The notes under the pieces were generated by a model. The model ran no database searches. It worked only from the letters and a program-made list of their open reading frames with translations, and was not told the origin of the DNA. Shown here piece after piece: positions 1-8,752 of a stretch of 37,150 nucleotides of DNA; position 1 is the stretch's first letter, and each line of letters opens with the position of its first letter. Position numbers and translations under genes: made by a program. This stretch comes from an uncultured Gammaproteobacteria bacterium (GTDB taxonomy: Bacteria; Patescibacteriota; Microgenomatia; Levybacterales; UBA12049), in NCBI GenBank assembly GCA_964503265.1, contig CAZCYO010000005.1, forward strand, positions 1 to 37,150. Direction: 5' to 3'.

Positions 1-54
1 CTACTTACTACTTACTACTTACTACTTACTACTTACTACTTACTACTTACTACT
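1..54. repeat. Heptamer tandem repeat (CTACTTA)x7 plus a partial copy, truncated by the window edge
   Basis: Seven exact copies at 1-49, then CTACT, abutting the stop codon of the 53..721 ORF. Confidence 0.95.
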
Positions 55-721
55 ACTCAATCGTCTTCTCAGGACCTTGGTATTGATACGCGTCGATAAA
101 ACCTTTAATACGCTCCATATCAAGGGTATTCATTTTAATTTGTTTCCCCCACGCAGAGACAGCAAGTGTCATATCCATATTTGGACGTGGAACGATAATA
201 AGTCTGTCATAACTGCTCAGAAGTCCGGTTAACAATGAAACAAGTTTTTTACATGAGTCATTTGTAAATGCTAGTGGTAGATCTTCTGCTTTTTTTGGAA
301 TATTGTTTGTTGGTGTAAAAAATGACATCGTATTTTCTTTTGGCGGTTCAATTGTCGTTAATGGGGCACCTTTAGCATAACTAAACGTCGCTGATGAAGA
401 AGCTTTATCTCCACAATTATAAGAAATCTCAACATATCCATGCTCTAGTGAATGAATTAAATGTCCGTCTGAAACCACATAAGGATATGCACCACGCTTG
501 GCCCAAATGGCAAAATGCTGACCACTTGTTGGCGGATTTGAATTGTAGACAATGCCTGAAATATCAGTTATATGATCTCGACTGAGTTCCTTAAGGCTTG
601 TAACGTTGAGGTTTTTAGTCGGAGCGTTAGTCGATGACTGTTTAAGAGAATACACTAACCATCCCCCACCAACAATAAGAAGAAGCACAAGTAATGCAAT
701 GAAAATAGTAGATTTATTCAT
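53..721 (-). CDS. DUF3105-like membrane-anchored protein
   Basis: N-terminal TM helix; motifs NPPTSGQHF, HSLEHG and IIVPRP...AVSAWG, typical of DUF3105; TACAAT 7 nt upstream of the ATG. Confidence 0.7.
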   Translation of the reverse strand: MNKSTIFIALLVLLLIVGGGWLVYSLKQSSTNAPTKNLNVTSLKELSRDHITDISGIVYNSNPPTSGQHFAIWAKRGAYPYVVSDGHLIHSLEHGYVEISYNCGDKASSSATFSYAKGAPLTTIEPPKENTMSFFTPTNNIPKKAEDLPLAFTNDSCKKLVSLLTGLLSSYDRLIIVPRPNMDMTLAVSAWGKQIKMNTLDMERIKGFIDAYQYQGPEKTIE

Positions 722-746
722 GATTGGTATTGTACAGGAAGTTATG

Positions 747-849
747 TTTAATTTTCAATTCGAAATTTTTAAGTTTTAATCAAATCAAAAAGTTTTAATA
801 GGTAAATCTTAAAAATTGATTTAACATTTCAAATTAAAAATTATAAATT
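747..849. repeat. AT-rich imperfect palindromic intergenic element (same family as 30720..30813)
   Basis: Shares TTAATTTTCAAT, ATCAAATC, GTTTTAAT, TAAAAATTGATT, ATTTCAAATT and AATTAAAAATT in the same order with 30720..30813. Confidence 0.7.
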
Positions 850-854
850 AAGGT

Positions 855-2519
855 CTATCCAAGCTCTTCTCGCTTACTATGCAGAAAGTGGAACCATTGT
901 TCAAAGAAGGCAAAGATTACTTTAAATGGTGTTTCGATCACAAAATCGATGATGAGGATAATAAAATTAAATCGTCCAATTTGTTCGGTAAGCCGTCTTC
1001 CAACTCTAACTACAGGCATAAAGAGAAAATCGACAAGTGGGGTTACCAGTCCCTGGCTATCTCCGACACGGTAGCGATTAGCGATAATACTAATTCTGTA
1101 TGCAAGGAATGAAACGATGGCTGAGAAGAAAACGAAAATCGCCATACTAATAATTCTAAAATGCAGTAACTCTAGTGCGTAAATAATACCTCCAAATGAA
1201 ACCAGAAACGCACAGCTCCAGAGTAGTCCGAACACAAAATTAAGGACTGGCTGCGCCTTTTCTTCTCCCTTTCGAACTCGCATATCTTCACCAAGTTTTG
1301 CACTATCTTGATGCATGATTCGTGCTAAATAGCGATAAATTCGATCAGAATTATCAAGACCTGGTGTGCGAATAAAAAGACTCACGATAATAAGGAGAAG
1401 TGGTGGAATTGTCGTGTTAATAATAATTGAAGTCCATTGAATCTCACCATACACAATATTTTCATATGTCCCTTCGATAGCAAAAGCAAATAATACCTTG
1501 GAGAACAGAATAAATATCACACTACGAACGATAGCCCGTGTTACCTTCGAGCGAATACTTATGTATCGTTTATCACATTCAGCGTACACTGCTGTTTTTA
1601 ATTCGTCAGGATGTGTTAAGACCTGGCGCAAATTTCCTTTATAATTCGTTAACACATCCTCAAGAATAAGAAACACCGCAGTTCGTTTTTTTACATAGGC
1701 ATAGATGCGATCCTTCGCAAAATAACTTAACTGACGCTGTGCTTCCTGGTAGCAATCAAAAAAGTCTTCAGCAACACTATCAATTCTTCCTCTCGTCAGT
1801 TCTCCGAAATAAAGTCTGAACAAATGATACTCAAGAAAGGCGATGTCATCTCTCGCAAATGCACGTCTGATCGCGATATATACCTGAGCGTTTTTCGTTT
1901 CCTCTGTTTCATCAACGATATGTACCTGTTCTTTTAAAATATGGTACATAAAATTACTGACTGTTTCCTTCTCAACCTCTGGGTGAATAATATGCTCCAA
2001 GTGACTCGCCATTAAATGGTAGATCCATTCATTCACTATTCCCTCAGGAAGCTTGCGCTGCGCTAAAATTTTAAAACGAAGCTGGAGATACATATCAATT
2101 GTCTCTTCCACTTTCGTAACCATTGATTCTGGAACTGAATTATCCTCTAAATACCGTGCCCAAATAAGCTCACGCACAAGTGGTTCAGCAGCAGTCTTCG
2201 CATTTCCACCCAGAAGGAGCCGGCGGCGCAAAATACGTTCAATAGTAGAACGTAAGATAACCTCTTCTTCTCGATATTCCATCGCATTGCGCAGTTTTTC
2301 ATACCAGTGCGCCACTTTAGAGACGACAGGATTAACCGTCATTTTCCGTTCGTGATTATTATCTTTTGGTTGCTCAACTGCCTGAACGACGAGTTCTCCG
2401 AGATGTGATAGTGGTTTTACTTCACTAACAGGTGGTGGTTCAGTAGCTACTGGTTGTTGTGTAACAGCAGGTTCAACTGGAGAATGTTGGGTTGTATCAG
2501 TCATAGAGTCAGTATTCAT
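855..2519 (-). CDS. Uncharacterised membrane protein (large soluble N-terminal domain, C-terminal TM helices)
   Basis: 554-aa ORF with a P/T/Q-rich N-terminus, a helical core (EEEVILRSTIERILRRRLL) and about 4-5 hydrophobic segments at the C-terminus. Confidence 0.75.
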   Translation of the reverse strand: MNTDSMTDTTQHSPVEPAVTQQPVATEPPPVSEVKPLSHLGELVVQAVEQPKDNNHERKMTVNPVVSKVAHWYEKLRNAMEYREEEVILRSTIERILRRRLLLGGNAKTAAEPLVRELIWARYLEDNSVPESMVTKVEETIDMYLQLRFKILAQRKLPEGIVNEWIYHLMASHLEHIIHPEVEKETVSNFMYHILKEQVHIVDETEETKNAQVYIAIRRAFARDDIAFLEYHLFRLYFGELTRGRIDSVAEDFFDCYQEAQRQLSYFAKDRIYAYVKKRTAVFLILEDVLTNYKGNLRQVLTHPDELKTAVYAECDKRYISIRSKVTRAIVRSVIFILFSKVLFAFAIEGTYENIVYGEIQWTSIIINTTIPPLLLIIVSLFIRTPGLDNSDRIYRYLARIMHQDSAKLGEDMRVRKGEEKAQPVLNFVFGLLWSCAFLVSFGGIIYALELLHFRIISMAIFVFFSAIVSFLAYRISIIANRYRVGDSQGLVTPLVDFLFMPVVRVGRRLTEQIGRFNFIILIIDFVIETPFKVIFAFFEQWFHFLHSKREELG

Positions 2520-2616
2520 TATATACTATTTATCCCTTACAAAAAAAACGAACGTTGTCGTTATAGACGAATATTACGTTGACAATCCAGCCTCTTTTTA
2601 GTAGTGTTATGTGTAT

Positions 2617-3510
2617 ATGGCAGGAACTTCTCGCATGAAAAAATCCGTTTCTTCTGAAACAACACACGAATTTACGCCTCAGCCTGAAAGAAGCTATGTA
2701 AAAATTCCTGTTCCAACTATTGATCTATCAACATTCACCACACCAAAAGCACTCCTCGTACTCGTGCTTCTCTCATATCTCATATCTGGCGTTCTCTATA
2801 TGAGAATTCGTATGCTTGAAGGCTCTGGAGACGGTGGTGGTGTACCGACAGTCGTTTCAACATCAGCGAGTACTGTGACTGACGCATTTATCGACTTTGC
2901 TAAAAACGCAAAAATGGATACGAAAAAATTTACCTCTTGCCTTACAGCTCATACCTTTGCTGATAAAATCACGGCTGATATTAGTGATGGGACAACAGCT
3001 GGTATCAATGCTACTCCTGGATTTGTCGTTAACGGGAATGTCGTCATCGGCGCACAACCATTTGAGACATTTAAAACAATTATTGATCAAGAACTGGCAC
3101 GAGCAGAGAGTAATCAGTCATTCGCCTTTATTCCTAAAGCCTACGGGGAGGAAACAATTTCTAATGGTGCTCCTAAGGTATCTGTTTCAAATGGTCACTT
3201 ACCTATGTTAGGCAAACAGAATGCGAAAGTAACAATTATTGAATTTAGTGATTTCCAGTGTCCCTTCTGTGAACAATTTTTTACAAAAACATTTGCGCAA
3301 ATAAAAAAGACCTATATCGATACGGGGAAAGTAAAACTATACTTTAGACAATATCCATTAACCAGTATTCACCCAAACGCACAAATTGCCGCTGAAGCAG
3401 CTGAATGTGCGAATGCACAAGGTAAATTTTGGCAGTTTCATGATATGCTGTTTACGAACCAGGCATCATGGGTCAACTTACCGCAAGCACCAACAACCTC
3501 AGCAACATAA
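2617..3510 (+). CDS. DsbA-like (thioredoxin-fold) oxidoreductase, circularly permuted, with N-terminal TM anchor
   Basis: The segment EFSDFQCPFC...HPNAQIAAEAAECANAQGKFWQFHDMLF lies after the normally C-terminal segment GINATPGFVVNG...GAQPFETFKTIIDQEL. Confidence 0.85.
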   Translation: MAGTSRMKKSVSSETTHEFTPQPERSYVKIPVPTIDLSTFTTPKALLVLVLLSYLISGVLYMRIRMLEGSGDGGGVPTVVSTSASTVTDAFIDFAKNAKMDTKKFTSCLTAHTFADKITADISDGTTAGINATPGFVVNGNVVIGAQPFETFKTIIDQELARAESNQSFAFIPKAYGEETISNGAPKVSVSNGHLPMLGKQNAKVTIIEFSDFQCPFCEQFFTKTFAQIKKTYIDTGKVKLYFRQYPLTSIHPNAQIAAEAAECANAQGKFWQFHDMLFTNQASWVNLPQAPTTSAT

Positions 3511-3512
3511 CT

Positions 3513-4055
3513 ATGAAGCAGCACTCACTTGCCCAATCAGTTACGAAACAACTAACAGTTCCTGTAGTACTTTCAGCAATCGTTTTTGCTGTGAGTTACC
3601 TCAGTATTTTGATTTACGCGCCAAATTATCGCCTCCTTGAGACGTTAGCACAAAATAACTATCCGCTCTCAGTTAAGATGTCACTCATATGGAATTTATT
3701 TCTCGGTGGACTTATCACACAGTCATTCTTTGGAGTCACGTTACTCCTCATTATCGCCTCTTTGATTGGCATGAATCTCGCACTTTTTCTTAAGAGTTAC
3801 CAAACTGTTAAGAAAAATGGTAAAGCGCATTTTGCAGTTGGTGGAAGTATGGTGCTTGGATTTATGAGTACGAGTTGTGCTGTGATGTGTGGGTTTTCAC
3901 TCCTTCCCCTACTGGGAACAACACTTGGCGCAAGTTTTTCAGCCATTGATGGGATTGCGTTTCGGATAATTACAATCAGCCTCTTAAGTGTTTCTTTGTG
4001 GTATACACTTAACTCCTCAAGAGATAATCGAAGCTGGATTAGCACGAAGAGCTAG
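3513..4055 (+). CDS. Four-TM membrane protein with a CxxxC motif, probably co-transcribed with the DsbA-like gene
   Basis: ATG 2 nt after the DsbA stop; hydrophobic helices; STSCAVMCG. Confidence 0.7.
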   Translation: MKQHSLAQSVTKQLTVPVVLSAIVFAVSYLSILIYAPNYRLLETLAQNNYPLSVKMSLIWNLFLGGLITQSFFGVTLLLIIASLIGMNLALFLKSYQTVKKNGKAHFAVGGSMVLGFMSTSCAVMCGFSLLPLLGTTLGASFSAIDGIAFRIITISLLSVSLWYTLNSSRDNRSWISTKS

Positions 4056-4059
4056 ACAG

Positions 4060-4812
4060 TTATTGTAATGTCGTAATAAGAACTGAAACAAATACCATTC
4101 CCAAGATAAAAAAGACAATATTTTTGACTGCTTGTCCTTTTTCGCTTTGGTGGTGAATCTCTGGCAGTAGATCTGTCATCGCAAGATAAATAAAATTTCC
4201 TGTCGTAATACTTAAAAGAAGTGGAACCATACCAGAGAATGTATTTCCTAAATAATAGGCTAGCAGTGCTCCAACAATTGAGGTGAGTCCGGTAATAACG
4301 TTAAACCAGAGTACTTTGCCTCTTCCCCAGCCTTTATGCAGTAAAATACCAAAATCTCCAAGTTCATGTGGAATTTCATGCACAAAAACTGTCAAACTCG
4401 TGACAATTCCAAGAGCAGGATTAACTAAAAAGCTCGCAGCAATAGATGCACCGTCGATAAAATTATGTAGCCCATCTCCAAAGAGTAGTAATGGTGTTGG
4501 TAAGCGTAACGATCCGTTATCGACACTATCATCTTCATGATGGTGAATTGAGAGGAATAGCCGCTCAAGAATAAAAAATCCCACAATTGAAATCATCACC
4601 CAGAGAAGAATTGGTGCATCCCCTCCCATCTCTAATGCTTCTTTCAGTGTATCTAAAAAAGCTGTAGCAAGCAGTGCTCCAGCTGCAAAAGAGACTAACG
4701 AAAATGATAATTTGTGAATTAACTTTTCTTTAAGTAGTAATATACTCACTAAAAAGAGTGAAAGAATGGTCGCAATGAATGTAAATAGTAATATGTACGC
4801 TATTGTTGACAT
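4060..4812 (-). CDS. ZIP family zinc/divalent metal transporter
   Basis: His-rich loop HHHEDD; signatures GDGLHNFIDG and HEIPHELGDF; start overlaps the end of the Fur-family gene. Confidence 0.92.
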   Translation of the reverse strand: MSTIAYILLFTFIATILSLFLVSILLLKEKLIHKLSFSLVSFAAGALLATAFLDTLKEALEMGGDAPILLWVMISIVGFFILERLFLSIHHHEDDSVDNGSLRLPTPLLLFGDGLHNFIDGASIAASFLVNPALGIVTSLTVFVHEIPHELGDFGILLHKGWGRGKVLWFNVITGLTSIVGALLAYYLGNTFSGMVPLLLSITTGNFIYLAMTDLLPEIHHQSEKGQAVKNIVFFILGMVFVSVLITTLQ

Positions 4813-5213
4813 GATGAACACACTCCAAAAAATTCTAAGGCATGTTTTTTAACGAGAAAGCCTTTTTTCTCGCGAATTTCTGTTTCAAGACCTGAGAGAT
4901 TACAATCTGAAATGTCTTCGATCTTTGAACAATTCGTACAGATCAGATGATGATGTTCCTCTCGTGCTGTTAGTTCGTAACGAAATTTTCCCTCCTGAAA
5001 TTCAAAGCGAGTAATAATACCATGCTCTAAAAATGACTCAAGCATACGGTACACTGTCGCTTGATCAACTGTTACACCACGTTTCTCAAGACGTACGTGG
5101 AGCTGTGTAACATCAAGTGGACGAAGTTCTTCTGAAAAAATATGGAGTAACTCCAGCCGTGATGGTGTTTTTCGTAGGTTATGGTCGTCTAATTGTTTAA
5201 TCTGTTGTTTCAT
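4800..5213 (-). CDS. zur: Fur-family transcriptional regulator, probably Zur
   Basis: ATVYRML helix-turn-helix, HHHLICTNC and CSSC zinc motifs; coupled to a ZIP transporter; start trimmed to MKQQ. Confidence 0.8.
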   Translation of the reverse strand: MKQQIKQLDDHNLRKTPSRLELLHIFSEELRPLDVTQLHVRLEKRGVTVDQATVYRMLESFLEHGIITRFEFQEGKFRYELTAREEHHHLICTNCSKIEDISDCNLSGLETEIREKKGFLVKKHALEFFGVCSSCQQ

Positions 5214-5223
5214 AAGTGAGGGC

Positions 5224-5255
5224 GTGGCTGTATCGATAATCACCGATACAGCCAC
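5224..5255. promoter_or_regulatory. Perfect 12-bp hairpin in the 5' leader of the Fur-family gene
   Basis: GTGGCTGTATCG-N8-CGATACAGCCAC. Confidence 0.6.
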
Positions 5256-5284
5256 TGTATTGTGTCAAATCTCGTAGTTACTAT

Positions 5285-5349
5285 TGCGAGTAACTTGCAT
5301 TAGTATATGCGAATGATTCGCATTTGTCAAGTGGTGTATTTGATATAAT
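5285..5349. promoter_or_regulatory. Divergent promoters with two 7-1-7 Fur/Zur-type boxes
   Basis: TGCGAGT-A-ACTTGCA (5285-5299) and TGCGAAT-G-ATTCGCA (5308-5322); minus-strand TTGACA(5330-5325)-N17-TATACT(5307-5302); plus-strand TGnTATAAT (5341-5349). Confidence 0.75.
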
Positions 5350-5355
5350 GAGCAA

Positions 5356-6474
5356 ATGAAACGATTTTTTCTCGTAACGCTTCTCTCTTGTCTGTTTTGT
5401 CTTTCTCTTTTCCAACGATCTGCACTCGCTGCAGATACTAGAATTGAACAAAACCTAAAAGGAAAAGTCACAGCCATACTCGAAGATTCAGAAAAATCAC
5501 TATTAGGAAAGCCCTCTCCCGTTCAAAAAATAGAAATCCAATTACTTGATGCACCTGAGAAAAACAAGAAAATAACAGTTACCTATGGTGAAACAGTTCC
5601 TATCACTAAAGGCCAAAAAGTCGCAGTTGGAGAGACAGTGCTTCTCACAAAAACCTCGACTCCGAACAAGCAAATATACACGATTACAGATAAATACCGT
5701 CTAACACCGCTTATTATTATGGTCGTTTTCTTTTTCCTCTTCGTGAGTATTCTGGCTGGAAAAAAAGGGATTGGAGCAGTGATTGGCATGTTTATTAGCC
5801 TTGGTGTTATCGTATTATTTATCGTGCCTCAAATCTTACAAGGAAATGATCCCCTCTTAATCTCTATCATCGGCTGTATTGGGATTATGGTGACGACCAT
5901 CTATCTCGCACATGGTATCTCCCAACAAACAACTGTCGCCGTCGCATCAACGGCAATTAGTTTAGTGTTAACAGGTTTTTGTGGCTGGTTTTTTATCTCA
6001 GTCATTCATTTAGCTGGACTCGGGGCTGAAGATATTTTTACACTGCAGCAAAGTATCGGCAATAGTATTAATTATCAGGGCTTACTCCTCGGTGGCATCA
6101 TTATCGGTGCACTCGGAGCACTTGATGACGTCACGACGACACAATCAGCAACGATTTATACACTAGCAAAAGCAGATCCGAAAGCTTCTATGGAAACACT
6201 CATTACACACGGCTTCTCAATCGGCAAAGAACATATCGCGTCTCTGGTTAACACACTCGTTCTCGCCTATGCAGGAGCGTCGATCGGGATATTTTTCTTT
6301 CTTGTTATCAGTCAGCAAAATCAGATACAACCACTGTGGGTAATTTTAAATAGTGAAACGATCGTCGAGGAAGTGGTGCGGACGATCGCAGGAAGTATCG
6401 GACTCATACTCGCTGTGCCGTTAACGACAGTGATCGCAGCGTTTTTCGCGAAGTATGACTTGAAAATAACCTAA
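5356..6474 (+). CDS. YibE/F family membrane protein
   Basis: Multi-TM; IIIGALGALDDVTTTQ, HIASLVNTLVLAYAGAS and EEVVRTIAGSIGLILAVPLTT motifs. Confidence 0.88.
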   Translation: MKRFFLVTLLSCLFCLSLFQRSALAADTRIEQNLKGKVTAILEDSEKSLLGKPSPVQKIEIQLLDAPEKNKKITVTYGETVPITKGQKVAVGETVLLTKTSTPNKQIYTITDKYRLTPLIIMVVFFFLFVSILAGKKGIGAVIGMFISLGVIVLFIVPQILQGNDPLLISIIGCIGIMVTTIYLAHGISQQTTVAVASTAISLVLTGFCGWFFISVIHLAGLGAEDIFTLQQSIGNSINYQGLLLGGIIIGALGALDDVTTTQSATIYTLAKADPKASMETLITHGFSIGKEHIASLVNTLVLAYAGASIGIFFFLVISQQNQIQPLWVILNSETIVEEVVRTIAGSIGLILAVPLTTVIAAFFAKYDLKIT

Positions 6475-6489
6475 AGAGAATATGCTTTT

Positions 6490-6527
6490 TGTCATCCTGC
6501 CAAAGCTTTCACCTTTCTAGAATGACA
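6490..6527. repeat. Degenerate GTCAT-type palindromic element between convergent genes
   Basis: TGTCATCCTG...TAGAATGACA. Confidence 0.5.
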
Positions 6528-6541
6528 TGTATTGCAACTAT

Positions 6542-6943
6542 TTATAGCGAAAACTTTTCAACCAGCATTTGAAGGTATGTCTCAGATAACTCCATGTCTT
6601 TAAGGAGGATGGGATCCGGACGAAAACGATACTCCTCTATATCAAATGTCATGTCTTCTTTTACATCTACCCCTTCTGCACGTAACAGCTTACGCATCAA
6701 CTCCCGATCATTATACTTCGTTCCTTTAATACTAATTCTGCCTTTATTATTCACGATTCTCCACCACGGAAGATCGACGTTTCCTTCACTCGCATTTAAG
6801 ATCCACCCCACTTGCCGCGCAGCACGTGGCGCACCGACGAATAATGCAATTTGGCCGTAACTCGCGACTTTACCGTAGGGAACCATACGGATAACTTCGA
6901 GTACTCGAGTTTTGAAGAGAGAATGAGTGGATGATTGTTTCAT
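6542..6943 (-). CDS. Alkyltransferase-like (ATL, MGMT family) protein
   Basis: VPYGKVASYGQIA, RAARQVG, and PWWR in place of the catalytic PCHR. Confidence 0.88.
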   Translation of the reverse strand: MKQSSTHSLFKTRVLEVIRMVPYGKVASYGQIALFVGAPRAARQVGWILNASEGNVDLPWWRIVNNKGRISIKGTKYNDRELMRKLLRAEGVDVKEDMTFDIEEYRFRPDPILLKDMELSETYLQMLVEKFSL

Positions 6944-6957
6944 GGTTGAGGTACTGA

Positions 6958-7048
6958 ATTGTTCTATTGCTACATTGTTACATTGCTAAATTCACTATTC
7001 TTTTCTTTAACGAGACATAACAATGAAGCAATTGAACAATGTAACAAT
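6958..7048. repeat. Palindromic heptamer-repeat element (ACATTGY left arm, RCAATGT-like right arm)
   Basis: ATTGTTCTATTGCTACATTGTTACATTGCTA ... CATAACAATGAAGCAATTGAACAATGTAACAAT. Confidence 0.7.
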
Positions 7049-7059
7049 CTGTTACTCCA

Positions 7060-7362
7060 TCAAAAAAGTACCTGTTGTGCTTTTTTTGCTTTTTCTTCAT
7101 TTTCCTTCGCTTCTTTTTTATATTGCTCAAGCTTCCACATAAAAAGAGCCCCTTTATTCCGAGCGGTACTATCTATCGCAAACGTGAGCGCCTTCTCAAG
7201 CACTGATCGATGCGTCGTTTTGGCGAGTTTCATATAGAGCGATTTATGCTTCATATCATCAAGTGTTTCAGCCAAGTGAAGTGCAAATGTCTGAAATTCA
7301 CGAGAGATATATTTATCGGTCGTGGGGTTAAAGCGATCGAGAACGGATTTAATTGATTGCAT
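7060..7362 (-). CDS. Hypothetical small helical protein
   Basis: 100-aa ORF with TATACT 6 nt upstream of the ATG; lies directly downstream of pth. Confidence 0.7.
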   Translation of the reverse strand: MQSIKSVLDRFNPTTDKYISREFQTFALHLAETLDDMKHKSLYMKLAKTTHRSVLEKALTFAIDSTARNKGALFMWKLEQYKKEAKENEEKAKKAQQVLF

Positions 7363-7402
7363 AGAAGTAGTATAGCGAATAGGGACAGGAACGAAAAGAC
7401 GA

Positions 7403-8044
7403 TTATTTCGTATTAAATTGATTCTGCGCAGAGTGTAGATCTTTTTCTAGAGCACAAATGAGTGCATCGACTGTGTGTTTTACCATTTTTTTGACGTCAC
7501 TGACTTCTTTTGAGGAGAAATCCCCCACAACGTATTCTTCTACATCATGAATTTTCATACTGCCTAATGGTTGCACTTTCTCTCCATCTTCGCGTACTGG
7601 TGCGCGTGACTCCCCTATGCCCATTCTAAATCGCCAGAATTTCTCAGTGCCTAAATGATCCATAATGGAGGATACCCCTTTATGCCCAGCACTACTGCCT
7701 CCTGTTCTAATTTTAAGCGATCCGAGTGGTAAATCTAACTCGTCATGAATAACCCATATGTCTTCCGGCTCAATATGAAAGTAATCAGTGACTGCACGAA
7801 CTGCTTCACCCGATAAATTCATGAACGTCTGAGGCTTAAGAAGAAGGACTTTTTGGGAGTTACCTTGTTTTGGGTGCCAATCAAGTGTCGCGACCTGAGA
7901 TTTAAACTTTTTTTCATCATTCCATGTTATTGCTACAGGTGAAGAGAAATCTTTGAGGAAATGTTCAACCACGAGAAATCCGAGATTATGTCGAGTAGAA
8001 ACGTATTTTTCACCCGGATTACCTAAGCCTACGATTAGTTTCAT
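7403..8044 (-). CDS. pth: Peptidyl-tRNA hydrolase
   Basis: LIVGLGNPG, TRHNLGF, KPQTFMNLSG, HDELDL, GGSSAGHKG. Confidence 0.97.
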   Translation of the reverse strand: MKLIVGLGNPGEKYVSTRHNLGFLVVEHFLKDFSSPVAITWNDEKKFKSQVATLDWHPKQGNSQKVLLLKPQTFMNLSGEAVRAVTDYFHIEPEDIWVIHDELDLPLGSLKIRTGGSSAGHKGVSSIMDHLGTEKFWRFRMGIGESRAPVREDGEKVQPLGSMKIHDVEEYVVGDFSSKEVSDVKKMVKHTVDALICALEKDLHSAQNQFNTK

Positions 8045-8111
8045 AAACAGTTATACGTAACTTACACCTATTTTCACTAAATTACAAGGATTTTACGCAA
8101 TTCTTACTCAC

Positions 8112-8142
8112 AAAAAAGGCAGCTCATGACGAACTGCCTTTT
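8112..8142 (-). terminator. Intrinsic terminator of the 8161..8595 gene
   Basis: GGCAGTTCGTCATGAGCTGCC followed by T6 on the minus strand. Confidence 0.8.
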
Positions 8143-8160
8143 AGGATAAAATAAGAACTT

Positions 8161-8595
8161 TTATTTATAGTGCGATTTGATTTGGAACAAGATATAGAAT
8201 GCAATCGCAGCCCAGATAACAGTTGAAATTACATTACTAACTGAAAGTGTTAGTAACGATGAAGCGATGTTTACTACTTCTGACCAGAAGAGAAGTACCC
8301 ATCCACCCATCAGTCTTTTTTGTAGTTTTGGATATGCCATAAGCATCATCACACTAGCTACAACTGATGCAACTCCACTAACGAGTAACATGGTTGTGTT
8401 ACGAACTCCACCAAACATACCAAGTGGTGATACGCCAACTAAACTAATTCCAGCGAGCACTCCGAGTACTCCAAAAATAAGTGCGATCCATGGAGTAATA
8501 TTGACGAGTGTCTCTCGTGCATTTTCAGGAAGTTTTGGTGCGTTTTTATACACATCTTCAAGCATCGCGATTATATCAGTATTATTTTTTGCCAT
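8161..8595 (-). CDS. Hypothetical four-TM membrane protein
   Basis: 144 aa, hydrophobic; GGGGTGA SD-like motif upstream; own terminator. Confidence 0.75.
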   Translation of the reverse strand: MAKNNTDIIAMLEDVYKNAPKLPENARETLVNITPWIALIFGVLGVLAGISLVGVSPLGMFGGVRNTTMLLVSGVASVVASVMMLMAYPKLQKRLMGGWVLLFWSEVVNIASSLLTLSVSNVISTVIWAAIAFYILFQIKSHYK

Positions 8596-8598
8596 TTA

Positions 8599-8679
8599 TT
8601 ATTTCACCCCCCTTCGCCCCGCGTAACTGTAAGCGAAGTGGGGTCTCGCTCCTACAGTGATTTTTGTAAGGTTTTTCAT
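8599..8679 (-). other. 26-aa uORF (MKNLTKITVGARPHFAYSYAGRRGVK) containing a CCCCACTTCGC-family palindromic element
   Basis: Translated by hand; in frame with, and 84 nt upstream of, the 8595 start; element at about 8611-8645. Confidence 0.45.
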
Positions 8680-8752
8680 ATATAGAATCTGGCTTCGGAG
8701 GGGCAGACCCCCTCTTTGATTATATACACAGGCTCGCTTGCTTTGCTAGTAG

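Noticed and set aside
1-54. Tandem repeat as a CRISPR array or telomere-like end
   Set aside because: The unit is 7 bp with no spacers, related heptamer tracts occur internally, and no cas genes are present
3502-3520. ACATAACTATGAAGCA at the DsbA stop resembles ACATAACAATGAAGCA in the 6958..7048 element, suggesting the element truncated DsbA
   Set aside because: It is a single 15/16 match in AT-rich DNA with no mirror arm, too weak to report
6542-6943. Inactivated MGMT pseudogene
   Set aside because: Trp in place of the catalytic Cys is the normal signature of functional ATL proteins
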